From Chloropicon primus (taxonomy: Eukaryota), in NCBI GenBank assembly GCA_023205875.1, contig CP060755.1, positions 1,240,001 through 1,304,000 of the forward strand: 64,000 nt of DNA, read 5' to 3'. Each line of letters begins with the position of its first letter. The stretch's first letter is position 1. Below, piece after piece: positions 43,257 to 53,130 of this stretch. Below the pieces are notes generated by a model. It saw only the letters and a program-made list of their open reading frames with translations, was not told the origin of the DNA and did not search any database. The position numbers were made by a program, and so were the translations under genes.

Positions 43257-46256
43257 CTATTCATCAGTATCAGTCTCCCCTTCCCCGCTGCTCTCCCCTT
43301 CCTCAGTCTCTTCCTCAGATTCTTCTTCCTCGGCCTTAGCGTCGTCGGCCTCCCCCTCCTCTTTCTCCTCGGTCTCACCCGTCTCCTCGGTCTCACTCTC
43401 TTCCTCACTACTCGTCTCTTCGCCACCCTCCCCCGCTACAAGCTCTTCGTTCCGCCCACCCCCGCTTTCCAGGGTGGTGCGCTGCTCCGCCAGCGAGTGC
43501 TCGAGCGCAGCTTGATCTGCAATTTCGAAGAAATACAGCTTCGTCTTCGTTGCAGGAGAGTAGCACCGGCAGCACAGCAGATCAGCCGAAGAGCTGTCAG
43601 CTGCGTCAGCGAGGCTACATTCAAGGATCGACACTGAGAGAGGCAGGTCCAACTCGATGTCTTTCACCATCACGCCCGTAGCAAAGGAAAACACTCCAAT
43701 GTGGTTGCAGCCAAGTCCAATGTACAAATAGTCGCTCCCGAGAACGGACACGGTTTTGCTGAGCACGTATGCCGGTGGCTTCATATCCTCGTGAATGGCA
43801 ACGTTCACCCTGGGTGTCTTCAACTTTCCTGTTTTCAGACACACCAAAAAGATGGAAAAGTGATCTTGCACCATTTCGTCCTCCTCGCCCTCCTCGCCCT
43901 CGTCTTCATCTATAGTCCCAGCAGTGGTCTTTCTTCTTGACATCAGAACCAATTCTTGGTCTTGAGAAGTGAACGATGCACAGCAGACCTCAAACGATGC
44001 CTTCACCCAGCTCGCCTTGATCTGCACCCTCGCCCTCAATCTATTTTGCGCAAAGTCTGAAATGTACACGTCGCTACTACCTTTCGCTGGCCCTTCTGGT
44101 ATGTGTATCACTTGCTGCACCGCGTCAACATTCTTTTTGCTGCCCACGTACTTGTACGAGGTCATCCACTTTCTCATGCTCGCAATTTTTGATTCGTGAT
44201 CTTCTTCGTCACCTTCTTCCTCCGTCTTCCCCGAGTTCAGAACTGTTCGCTCGACAGCTTTCAACACAGAGAGACTCAAGTTTGCTTCCCAGGTCTGATC
44301 CGGGACATACCATCCGAACCCCGTTCTCTTGGTCTGGCTGCACGACCACATGGAAATCTGACCAGCGGCGTCAACAGTCACAAGGTTTGAGGTGTCCCAA
44401 GAATAACCGGCGAAGACGACTGGCGCGGAATGGCCGTGGCAAATCACTTGTTTGACGTCCGACTCACAGGCCACCTTTGGTCGCGAAAGGAACGCCATTG
44501 TCTGCTCGTTCAGAGGCGATGCATTTGATCCCGTCTCTCTCTTGAAGTCGAGCAGGCCACCGCGCTCTACTGTGATCATGTTGACATCTCCACACGAACT
44601 TGGAACGATGAGACACGGGTAGAAGCCGGTGATCGTGAAGGAAGGATGAAAAGCATGCGAAATCTTCATCGCCGCAGAATATTCTGCCGCAGAACCAGAA
44701 GACAGTGATCTCGAGGTTTTGGAAAGTTGCGACGACGATATAGCAGCTATCCTGTACTGATCCTTCCCTCCATCTTCCGCAGATTCCATTGCTTGCCTGC
44801 TCGTAGCTTTCAGAGAGTATATAGCCAAGGATCTATCGCTGAAAAGAACAGAGACCTGCAAGTTATTGTAGCTCCAGCACAGTGAGACGACTGCCTTTGT
44901 CCTTTTCTTCTTGCGCTTCGCGCTAGCTGAGTACAGCACAAGCTCTGAATTTGCTCTTAAGTTCCAAACGAACAGCTCGCCCGCCGAGCTCCCTGCAGCT
45001 AGGTAGCTCCCATCGTACGAGCAGCATATGCACGAGACTTCGCCCTTGCTTTCCATCTGAATATTGACACTGCTTGACCCCAAGCTCACTCTCGTCCAGT
45101 ACTCTTCTTCTATTCCCTCGAACCTGTTCAGCTCTTTCGATGGTTGAAGCCTGCCAAGGTTCCCCAAGTTCAGTTTGATGGGCCGTCGCCTACCAACTGC
45201 GTCAGAGGACCCGCGCAAAAATTCCTGGAACAGAGACGACCCCGCAAAGGCCTTGCTGACCTCCGATTGCTCGCTCATGCCATGGAGAACGCTCGAGAGA
45301 GAATTGCGGACTTTGCGCAAGGTGATCTTCCTGCTGTCCTTCTCGTCGAAGGGCTCCATTTCTGAAACGCTGTCCGGGCTCACCAAAGCGTTTGTTACCA
45401 ACTGGCAAGCAAAGTACTTTACTTCCTTGTATGAGCTCTCAATCTCAGTCCAGATCTCCCTTGACATGTCCCTAACGACCTCCGCTAGGTACTCATTCCA
45501 GATGATTCTTATCATCTTGTCCCGCCCAGCACCCCCGTCCGGGTCACCGCCTTGTCTCCTCCGGAGCAGCAAGGCCCTCCTCTTCTCTCCCTCCTCGATG
45601 CTTGAGTCCAGGATCTCTTCCAAGATAGAGCTTGAGACGTGCACGTCTTTGTGGTCATGCCCCTCCAGGCTTCGACTAGGCGTGGCCCTCTCGCTTTGCA
45701 CGCGGTCCTCCAGGACTGACTTGGCCGCCTCGACCTTCGACCTCAAGCAGCGAAGGCGGAAGTTGTCTCCAATCCAACTCCTCTCGAGCTTCTTCAGCAC
45801 CAGCGAGGGTCTCAGCGGCGCCTCGTCTCCCTCGCCGCCCTCGTCCACGGCCCCGGCCGTGCCGCTGTGCTCCTGCCTGAAGTCCCTCAGAGAGCTCTTC
45901 GCATTCGCCTGCTGCCCCCTCAGCTTTGCGATGTGAAACGCTTGAGACTCCTGTTTCCTCTCGAAGTCCCTCTGCCTCGTCGAGAGGATCTCGGTCAGGT
46001 TGAAGGGGCTCTCGCCCCTCACGCCCCTCTGCCCCTTGCGCGCCAAGCTGCTCACAAACTTGGACTTGTTCTCCTCGTTCGACAAGATGGCAAGCTTCTC
46101 CAGCTCCGAGCTCAGCACGGTCGTTCCCGACAGAGTCTTGTCCAAAAGTTCCGCGCGGTTCCTCTTTCTCTCCTTGATGATTCCCTCTATCTCCGAGTAC
46201 TTCCGCCTCAAGGCCTCCGCCTCCTGTCTGCACCCCCCAACCCCCTCTTCCACCAT
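43257..46256 (-). CDS. Large protein with N-terminal coiled coil, WD40 beta-propeller and acidic tail
   Basis: VSCICCSYDGSYLAAGSSAGELFVWNL, GHSAPVVF..LVTVDAAGQISMW. Confidence 0.65.
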   Translation of the reverse strand: MVEEGVGGCRQEAEALRRKYSEIEGIIKERKRNRAELLDKTLSGTTVLSSELEKLAILSNEENKSKFVSSLARKGQRGVRGESPFNLTEILSTRQRDFERKQESQAFHIAKLRGQQANAKSSLRDFRQEHSGTAGAVDEGGEGDEAPLRPSLVLKKLERSWIGDNFRLRCLRSKVEAAKSVLEDRVQSERATPSRSLEGHDHKDVHVSSSILEEILDSSIEEGEKRRALLLRRRQGGDPDGGAGRDKMIRIIWNEYLAEVVRDMSREIWTEIESSYKEVKYFACQLVTNALVSPDSVSEMEPFDEKDSRKITLRKVRNSLSSVLHGMSEQSEVSKAFAGSSLFQEFLRGSSDAVGRRRPIKLNLGNLGRLQPSKELNRFEGIEEEYWTRVSLGSSSVNIQMESKGEVSCICCSYDGSYLAAGSSAGELFVWNLRANSELVLYSASAKRKKKRTKAVVSLCWSYNNLQVSVLFSDRSLAIYSLKATSRQAMESAEDGGKDQYRIAAISSSQLSKTSRSLSSGSAAEYSAAMKISHAFHPSFTITGFYPCLIVPSSCGDVNMITVERGGLLDFKRETGSNASPLNEQTMAFLSRPKVACESDVKQVICHGHSAPVVFAGYSWDTSNLVTVDAAGQISMWSCSQTKRTGFGWYVPDQTWEANLSLSVLKAVERTVLNSGKTEEEGDEEDHESKIASMRKWMTSYKYVGSKKNVDAVQQVIHIPEGPAKGSSDVYISDFAQNRLRARVQIKASWVKASFEVCCASFTSQDQELVLMSRRKTTAGTIDEDEGEEGEEDEMVQDHFSIFLVCLKTGKLKTPRVNVAIHEDMKPPAYVLSKTVSVLGSDYLYIGLGCNHIGVFSFATGVMVKDIELDLPLSVSILECSLADAADSSSADLLCCRCYSPATKTKLYFFEIADQAALEHSLAEQRTTLESGGGRNEELVAGEGGEETSSEEESETEETGETEEKEEGEADDAKAEEEESEEETEEGESSGEGETDTDE

Positions 46257-46371
46257 CCTCCCCCCTCTACATTCTCTCGTCCTCTCCTCTTCCCGCCAAT
46301 TCCGCGCTCTCTGGCTGTCCCTCTTGCAGACAACCGCCTTGACCTTGGTGACGCGGCCGGCCCGCGGGCCA

Positions 46372-47565
46372 ATGATCGCAACGAGAGCGAAGGGGTTGCG
46401 CTACAACGTGCTGGGGCGGCAGCACATCCTATCGGTGCTGCGCGGAGGTCGCCGCCATGTTGGCGGCGGGGACGCCGCGAGGGCGAAAGCGTGGAAGACG
46501 GAAGAGGCGGGAGGAATGGAGCAGAACCTGCCCCTTCCCCTGTGCAAGGTGGATGAGAAGCGGTCTTCGGTGAGGTTGGGCGCCCTCGTGAGGGCGTACA
46601 ACGAGCTTAGGGGCGCGATAGCCGGGGAGCTGTCGTCGTCTCCCTCGTTCAAGAGGGACGACCACGCCCCGAACGAAGAGAACTTGTGCACGGAGCTGAG
46701 CTGGCTCTTCGAGGACTCGGTTTGCCTGGACTCGGCCGAGCTTCGACGGCTTTTGAGGAGCGGGGGGAACGAGTGCCGGAGCGTCGAGGGCGAGGACGAG
46801 GGGAGGGTTATCCGTTCCCGGCTGACGCTGAACGAGTTCCAGGACGTGTGGCACCTCAGGCTGAGGGAGAGACTTCCCATCCAGTATATTCTGGGCATGG
46901 CGAGCTGGTACGACCTCGAACTCAGGGTGGGCCCTGGCGTCCTGATCCCGAGGCCGGAGACAGAAGTCCTCCTCGACTTGGCTCTGGGGGCTCTGGGCGA
47001 GGAGCGGGGACTGGGGAGCCACCCGTGGCTGGACTTGGGAACGGGAACCGGGGCTCTCGCGATAGGATTGGCTCGGCACTCTGAGGGAGCCTGCGGTAGC
47101 AGGGTCCGGGTCGAGGCCATCGAAGCGAGCGAGAATGCCGCGGCCTACGCCTCGGAAAACATCGAGAGGTATGGTCTGCAGGACGGGGTGAGACTGTTTC
47201 GAGGCAGCTGGTTCGAGCCGCTGGAGGCGGAGGAAAGGCATCGCAAGGCTTTCGGGGGAATCGTGAGCAACCCTCCCTACATCACGGACGAGGAGATGAT
47301 TGGCTTGCAGGATGAGGTGCGCCTGCACGAGCCCCGCAGTGCCCTGTTTGGCGGCGCCACCCGAGGAATGGATGGCCTGCTTCACATAGTCGAGGAGTCG
47401 CCCAAGTACCTGGTTCCCGGCGGTTTCTTGGGCCTGGAGACCGGTGGTCCCATCCAGGCGACGCACCTGGGGTCCCTCATGCGGGGCCAGGCGTGGGATC
47501 GCGTCGAGGTCAAACCAGACCTCCAAGGCGTCCCTCGGTTTCTCGTCGCCAGAACTAGAAAATGA
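46372..47565 (+). CDS. prmC: PrmC/HemK release-factor glutamine methyltransferase, organellar
   Basis: PIQYILG, VGPGVLIPRPETE, WLDLGTGTGALAI, VSNPPYI, HEP..AL.GG. Start codon is inferred. Confidence 0.9.
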   Translation: MIATRAKGLRYNVLGRQHILSVLRGGRRHVGGGDAARAKAWKTEEAGGMEQNLPLPLCKVDEKRSSVRLGALVRAYNELRGAIAGELSSSPSFKRDDHAPNEENLCTELSWLFEDSVCLDSAELRRLLRSGGNECRSVEGEDEGRVIRSRLTLNEFQDVWHLRLRERLPIQYILGMASWYDLELRVGPGVLIPRPETEVLLDLALGALGEERGLGSHPWLDLGTGTGALAIGLARHSEGACGSRVRVEAIEASENAAAYASENIERYGLQDGVRLFRGSWFEPLEAEERHRKAFGGIVSNPPYITDEEMIGLQDEVRLHEPRSALFGGATRGMDGLLHIVEESPKYLVPGGFLGLETGGPIQATHLGSLMRGQAWDRVEVKPDLQGVPRFLVARTRK

Positions 47566-47932
47566 AATGGTCATATGGATATGGCGGTAAGAGTGAGGGA
47601 TGGATGATCGTCTCATCGAGGCATAATGATAATGGCAACTTGTAGTACTACGTAGAAAGAGAGAACAAGGGGTTCCTGACAAGAGATCCCCGTCTTGCGC
47701 ACACACCCAAACTCCATCGCCTCGCCTCGTGATGACTTCTGTGTGTGTGTACTCCTCTAAAGCGGGGAGCTAACCACAGCCGATCAATCTCAATCATCAT
47801 CTCCTCGGTGAGGGACGAGAGGGAGAGAGCGAGAGGGAGAGGGAGAGAGAGAGAGAGAGAGGAGGGGAGGGGAGGAGAGGCCTGCCTTGACTCGGCGTGC
47901 GAGGTGGTCGCAGACTCCCGGGGGTCTACGAG

Positions 47933-49519
47933 ATGGGCGCGTCTTGCGCGAAAGAGGTCGAGCCGTTCGACCCGGACCGGGGGGCCGGGGGTGCTCGGGC
48001 TGAGAATGGGGGCGACGAGAAGGGTCCAACGAGCATACGTATGCAGGAGGTGAAGTCGGAGCTGAGCAAGGACGTCCACTTGCCAGGGCGTCGGTCGAGC
48101 GAAATTCACGACCTCTTCGACAACCTGTGCTCTGCGAGTAGAGCGGTTGGCGGGGGCGAGAAGAAGCGAAGGAGCATATTTGGTGGGAAGTCTGCTAGGC
48201 GGAGCTTCATAGCGGAGGGGGATGTGTAAGTCTTTCGCCTTGTTTCCCCTCCCCACTTCTTCGGCAACGGAAACTGACCCCATCTCTCCTCCCCTTGCAG
48301 GCTGTACTCCTCCAGCAAGCTCACGTCCAAACTGACAGGGCCTTGGAGCGTTGTCATACCGAAGGGCACGATTTTCATCGGCCACAAGATACCGGACACG
48401 GATGCCATATGCTCTGCGATCGCCGCTGCAGAGTTGTTCGACGGGCACCCGGCCAAGGCCGGGAAGCTGAACACGGAGACGGAGTACGTGCTCAAGAGGT
48501 TTGCCGTCAGGGAGCCAGACCTTTTCACAGATGTCGCGAAGAAGCGGGACGACTCGAGCGTCTGCCTCGTGGACCACAATCAGACGTCGCAAGTCTCCGA
48601 CGGGGTGGATCTGAAGAAGGTGATCGGGGTGATAGACCACCACGCCTTTCAGAGCGGCACTATCTGCACGCCCTTTCCCATCTACACTGACATTCGGCCT
48701 TGGGGCTCAGCGTGCACGATCTTGGCGCACGGCTTTATTCAGCACCGTCACCCGCTCTCCAAGTCCTCTGCGGGTCTGATGCTCGCGGGAATCATCTCGG
48801 ACACCCTGAGTCTATGCTCTCCCACGACAACAGAGTTTGACCACCTAATGGTGACTTTTCTGAGCTACGCCGCGGGGATAAAGGACGTGGACGAGTTAGC
48901 AAAGGAGATGTTCAAAGCCAAGTCAAAGCAGCTGGAGTCGATGAATGCCTACAGTCTCGTTCGGGGGGACATCAAGAAGTTCGTTACTGAGGATGCCGCG
49001 TCGAAAGCATCGCTGAAATTGGCAATTGGGGTGGTCGAGTGCACGAACCCAGTCGTGGTCATGAACAGGAAGGGGGAGTTGGAGGAAGAGCTGAGGGCCT
49101 TCAAGCTCGAGGAAGACGTTGACATAGCTTACCTGATCGTCGTTGACATCGTGGCGCTGTACAGTGAAGTAATCTGCCCGGAGCACGACGAGATTGACTT
49201 GGCTTGCCAAGCCTTCCAAGCCAAACTCTCTGATAACGGGACCATCAAGTTGGAGAAGGGCAGAGTCTCGCGGAAGCTGGATTTCATGCCAAACCTGGTG
49301 AAGATTTTAGAAAAGGGCTGGCACAAGAAAGCGGTGGACGATCACATGACGAAGAGGGCGAAGAGGCAGAGCTTGGCTCAGGTCGTCTATGAAAACGGGC
49401 AGGTATTAGGTCGGGGCTCAATTCAGGACGCGGGGGAGCAGGAATCGACAGGGGGTGTTGTCGACGAATCGCAAATCCTTCGGCTATCAAGTGACGAGGA
49501 GGATGAGCACCACTTATGA
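47933..49519 (+). CDS. ppaC: Family II (DHH/DHHA2) Mn-dependent inorganic pyrophosphatase, PpaC-like (exons 47933-48225, 48301-49519)
   Basis: The spliced frame gives IFIGHKIPDTDAICSAIA, LVDHN, IDHH, RPWGSACTI, LAGIISDTL..SPTTT, DIKKF, SRKLDFMP. Confidence 0.82.
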
Positions 49520-49629
49520 GCCTCTTCTTCGTGTCAAGAAATTGTTTCAAGTTGTTCCAGATATAAAGTTGATTTGCAAAATTTCTTCCCTTTTTCAATT
49601 TCACGCAACCATGTCCATTGCTTTCTCTC

Positions 49630-51039
49630 TCACTGTGCTGGAGGTGGGGCCCCCATGCCGGGGAAAAGCTGTGACATCTTTATCATGGCATCCATGACCT
49701 CCTTATCTCCGGTGTACTTGCTAATATTCATAGGATTCGCCGAGCAGTCCATCATGGCCTGCTGCACGCGAGGGTTCTGGAACGCCGACGCAAGCTCCGG
49801 GTCATCCATGATCTTCTTCAGCACTTCCTCTGGGGACATGCCAGCGCTCTCGAACTGCTTCTTCATGTCGTCCTCGTTCATGTTCATCATGTTCATCATC
49901 TCCGGGTTCATGCCTGGCATTCCCCCCGGCATGCCCTGTTGCAGCATTTGCTCCATCTGGCTCCTCATCTCAGGGTTTTCGAGAATCCACTTGAAGGTCT
50001 CAGGGTTCCTCATGCCCTCTGGCAGGTACGGGTACATCATCTCCTGCATCTTGGGGTCCTGCATCATCTGCTCGACCATGTCCATCATCCCTCCGTTGCT
50101 TGCGCCTCCTGCCCCTGCTCCTCCAGCAGCACCAGCGCCTCCGCCCATCGCAGCGTTCAACACCTCAGGGTCAATAGTGGATCCTCCAGGGGGCGGCGTC
50201 TCGACCTCCTCCACGGGTTTTGGCTTGAAAGTGCTCTCGGAAGTGCTCTTCTCGTCCAGGTCCTGGAAGACGGACGAGCCAGACGCGGAGGAGGACGGGG
50301 CTTGCGTTTTCAAGGCCTCTGCCTCCTCCTTCTTCTCCGCCTTCGTCTCTGCTGCAGGGGCGGCCTCCGCCTTCGTGGTGCTGGCGCCAGCCTGGCCCTT
50401 CGAGGCGTCCTTGCCGGTCAAAGGCGTGCTCTTGGGAGTCACGGTCGTCGCAGTGGTCGTAGTCGCGGCCGGCGTTGGGCTTGGGGTCGGCGTCGTAGTG
50501 CCGAAGTTAGGAAAACCGCCAGCCGCACCTCCAAAGGGGTTGGGAGGAGCAGCCCCTCCCGCGGGGCCACCAAAATTTCCTGGCATTCCTCCCGGCATCC
50601 CCCCCGGCATTCCTGGCATGCCGCCTCCACCTCCCATCTTCTTCATCATCTGCTGCATGAGCATCCTTTGCAAGCCCCCTCCGGTGAAGAAGCCATAGAT
50701 CTTTTGAATTGCGACCGTCAGGCCAATGCCGACGGCGAACCACACGTAAGGAGGCGTCCCCGTGCTCGTTACGGGGGCAGGGGCCACCGAAAGTGGCGGA
50801 GGCGCGAGCTCCGTCGGCGTACCAAGAGGCGGTGGTGACCCCACATCCCCTTGCGTGGCGTCATGCACGTTGTACCCCTCCGTTGCTGGGTTCGTCGCAG
50901 GTGGCGCCGCATCTCTCGCCTTCGCTCGCACGACCTTCACCCTCCTCTCAGTCCTCCTCCTCGTCGGGAGCACCCACGTCCTCCCCTTCCCAAGACATGT
51001 CCTAGGGACACTCCCTTCCTTCATCACCTGAGCCGCCAT
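49630..51039 (-). CDS. TIC40: Chloroplast inner-envelope translocon co-chaperone TIC40
   Basis: Transit peptide, TM segment PPYVWFAVGIGL, MMYPYLPEGMRNPETFKW, C-terminal STI1/DP domain. Confidence 0.92.
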   Translation of the reverse strand: MAAQVMKEGSVPRTCLGKGRTWVLPTRRRTERRVKVVRAKARDAAPPATNPATEGYNVHDATQGDVGSPPPLGTPTELAPPPLSVAPAPVTSTGTPPYVWFAVGIGLTVAIQKIYGFFTGGGLQRMLMQQMMKKMGGGGGMPGMPGGMPGGMPGNFGGPAGGAAPPNPFGGAAGGFPNFGTTTPTPSPTPAATTTTATTVTPKSTPLTGKDASKGQAGASTTKAEAAPAAETKAEKKEEAEALKTQAPSSSASGSSVFQDLDEKSTSESTFKPKPVEEVETPPPGGSTIDPEVLNAAMGGGAGAAGGAGAGGASNGGMMDMVEQMMQDPKMQEMMYPYLPEGMRNPETFKWILENPEMRSQMEQMLQQGMPGGMPGMNPEMMNMMNMNEDDMKKQFESAGMSPEEVLKKIMDDPELASAFQNPRVQQAMMDCSANPMNISKYTGDKEVMDAMIKMSQLFPGMGAPPPAQ

Positions 51040-51348
51040 CGTTAAAAACTCCCCTTATCCATTGGAAGCAAACTCTCCCTCCCTCCCATCACCATCATTA
51101 GTGAGGAGGAGAGAAGGACAAGGAAGGACAATACAATCGCTCCCTGGGAGGCGAAGGTGTGAATAATAACGAACGCCAAGGGAGAGGCTGGCGTGCCACC
51201 AAAGAGGTCGATCGTCTCTCCACCTTTCGGTCGGTACCGGGACTGCCTGGGTTTCGTCCCAAAGGACGCTCCTCAGATCGAAGGGCAACGTGAGCGTTTT
51301 GCAGGGCAGGGCAATTGAAATGGTGAGGTTCGACCTGCCACTGTGAGG

Positions 51349-52515
51349 ATGTTGCTGCGGGCGAGCGGGAATTGCGCAAGGAGGGCACTGCTGGGCGCGG
51401 GTGCGCCAGCGACAGGTGCTCTCGGAGCTCTGACCTGTTGGAGCGCGGGGCAGGAGCCGAACCTGCAGATCACCACCACCACCACCACCACCACCACCAA
51501 GGAGCAACAGCGTTGGGAGCAACTGTGGCGCCCGATGTTCTCCTTCGGCCAGCAGCGCTCTCGCTCCGTGCACGGCGGGGCTGGGGGAAGCGATCTCCCG
51601 AAGAAGGAGGAGGGGCCGAAGCACTGGACAAGTCGGCTACCGCCTTCCGTCTCGCCGTATGCCAAGCTGATGCGCCTGGACAAACCCATAGGAAGCTGGC
51701 TGCTGGCTTGGCCAAGCTTCTGGTCGATTGCTCTGGCTGCGAACCCAGGTTCGCTTCCAGATTTGCACATGATCGCCTTGTTCGGCTCTGGTGCAGTCCT
51801 GCTTCGGGGAGCGGGGTGCACCATAAACGATCTTTGGGACAGAGATCTGGACTCGAAGGTGGAGAGGACCAGGCAGCGCCCTCTTGCTGCCAAGGAGGTC
51901 AGTCCAGCGGCTGCGGTCGCCTTCCTTGGGGCCCATCTCTCCCTAGGCCTGGGCATACTGCTGCAGCTGAACAATTTTTCTCAGCTCCTGGGCGCAGCCT
52001 CCCTGCCTCTGGTCGTGGCGTATCCTCTCATGAAGCGAATCACAAATTGGCCTCAGGCCGTCCTGGGCTTGACAATCAACTGGGGGGCTCTGTTGGGCTG
52101 GTCGGCCGTGCACGGCAGCCTCGATCCTACCGTGACCTTGCCCCTTTACCTGTCCGGAGTCGCCTGGACACTGGTTTACGACACGATATATGCGCACCAG
52201 GATAAAGTAGATGACGTGAAAGTGGGAATCAAGTCCACGGCTCTTCACTTTGGCCAGAGCAACAAGCAATGGCTCTCTGTGTTCGCACTCCTGCATGGCC
52301 TCAGTCTCGCCACCGTTGGGTACTTTGGCGACCTCGGCTCCATCTTTTACGCAACATCGGCGCTCGGCACCTCGTCCCTGCTTTGGAAAATTCACACGAT
52401 AAACTTGGATAACCCCAAAGAATGCATGGACGCGTTCGTGCAAAACAAGTGGTACGGGGCTCTGGTATTCTCGGGCATTGCCATGGACAAAGTCGCTTCC
52501 CCTCTGCTTTCATAA
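51349..52515 (+). CDS. COQ2: 4-hydroxybenzoate polyprenyltransferase, mitochondrial
   Basis: RLDKPIGSWLL, GAGCTINDLWDRDLD..VERT..RPLA, YDTIYAHQD..DD. Confidence 0.95.
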   Translation: MLLRASGNCARRALLGAGAPATGALGALTCWSAGQEPNLQITTTTTTTTTKEQQRWEQLWRPMFSFGQQRSRSVHGGAGGSDLPKKEEGPKHWTSRLPPSVSPYAKLMRLDKPIGSWLLAWPSFWSIALAANPGSLPDLHMIALFGSGAVLLRGAGCTINDLWDRDLDSKVERTRQRPLAAKEVSPAAAVAFLGAHLSLGLGILLQLNNFSQLLGAASLPLVVAYPLMKRITNWPQAVLGLTINWGALLGWSAVHGSLDPTVTLPLYLSGVAWTLVYDTIYAHQDKVDDVKVGIKSTALHFGQSNKQWLSVFALLHGLSLATVGYFGDLGSIFYATSALGTSSLLWKIHTINLDNPKECMDAFVQNKWYGALVFSGIAMDKVASPLLS

Positions 52516-52685
52516 TTATCGTATTTCTTTTGTAATTGTACACACATAAACCGAGAGAGTCCGTCTCGCCTGCCTCTCTCTTGATCAGGGCCTCCCCTGG
52601 CTTCCCAATTTCTAGTCGGCTCTCAGCAGGGAAGTGAGGCAGCAAGCCGAGGGAAAGAGAAGAGGACGGGTGGGGAGGACGACTC

Positions 52686-52973
52686 ATGACGGGGGAGGGC
52701 GGGAACACGTACACGTTCGTCCTTGAGGACGAGGACCACACGATAGGGGCGACGCTTGTTGACGTTCTGAACCAGAGGGGGGACGTGGTCTTCGCGGGTT
52801 ACACCATTCCACACCCTTCGGAGAGGAAGGTGCAGCTCTGCGTCCAGACGAACGGGGAGATTTCGCCGCAACAGGCTTTGGCGGCAGCTGCCGAAAGTCT
52901 TTCGAGCATGTGCGCTTCCACGAAGGTTGAGTTAGAACGCAGCCTGACCGCCTTCAAAGAGAGTTTGAGTTGA
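52686..52973 (+). CDS. RPAC2: RNA polymerase I/III shared subunit AC19 (RPB11 family)
   Basis: TFVLEDEDHTIG..L...V.FAGYTIPHPSE. Confidence 0.8.
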   Translation: MTGEGGNTYTFVLEDEDHTIGATLVDVLNQRGDVVFAGYTIPHPSERKVQLCVQTNGEISPQQALAAAAESLSSMCASTKVELERSLTAFKESLS

Positions 52974-53130
52974 GCGTGGGATCGGGGAGGCTGAGCGGAA
53001 CAGGGGGAGATTGGGAGAGGGAGTCCTCACTCTGCGTTGCGACTGCAATTTCAAAGGAATATGGTACAGAGTGCATTACAGTAATAAAGGGTTTGGGTGC
53101 AGAGATCATTTGAAAGAGTAGCCTCGTCGA

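Noticed and set aside
46000..46371. Upstream extensions of ORF-track calls that start at TTG/GTG (PrmC here; also GT61, RsmH, STN8, NAP1)
   Set aside because: This is a eukaryotic nuclear context, so ATG starts were used. The extensions overlap neighbouring genes or microsatellite-containing UTRs.
47728..47800. GTGATGA as a possible C box of a C/D snoRNA
   Set aside because: No CTGA D box or terminal stem at a suitable distance.
51300..51345. GGTTCGAC resembling a tRNA T-loop (also near 55191)
   Set aside because: No cloverleaf stems can be built around either site.
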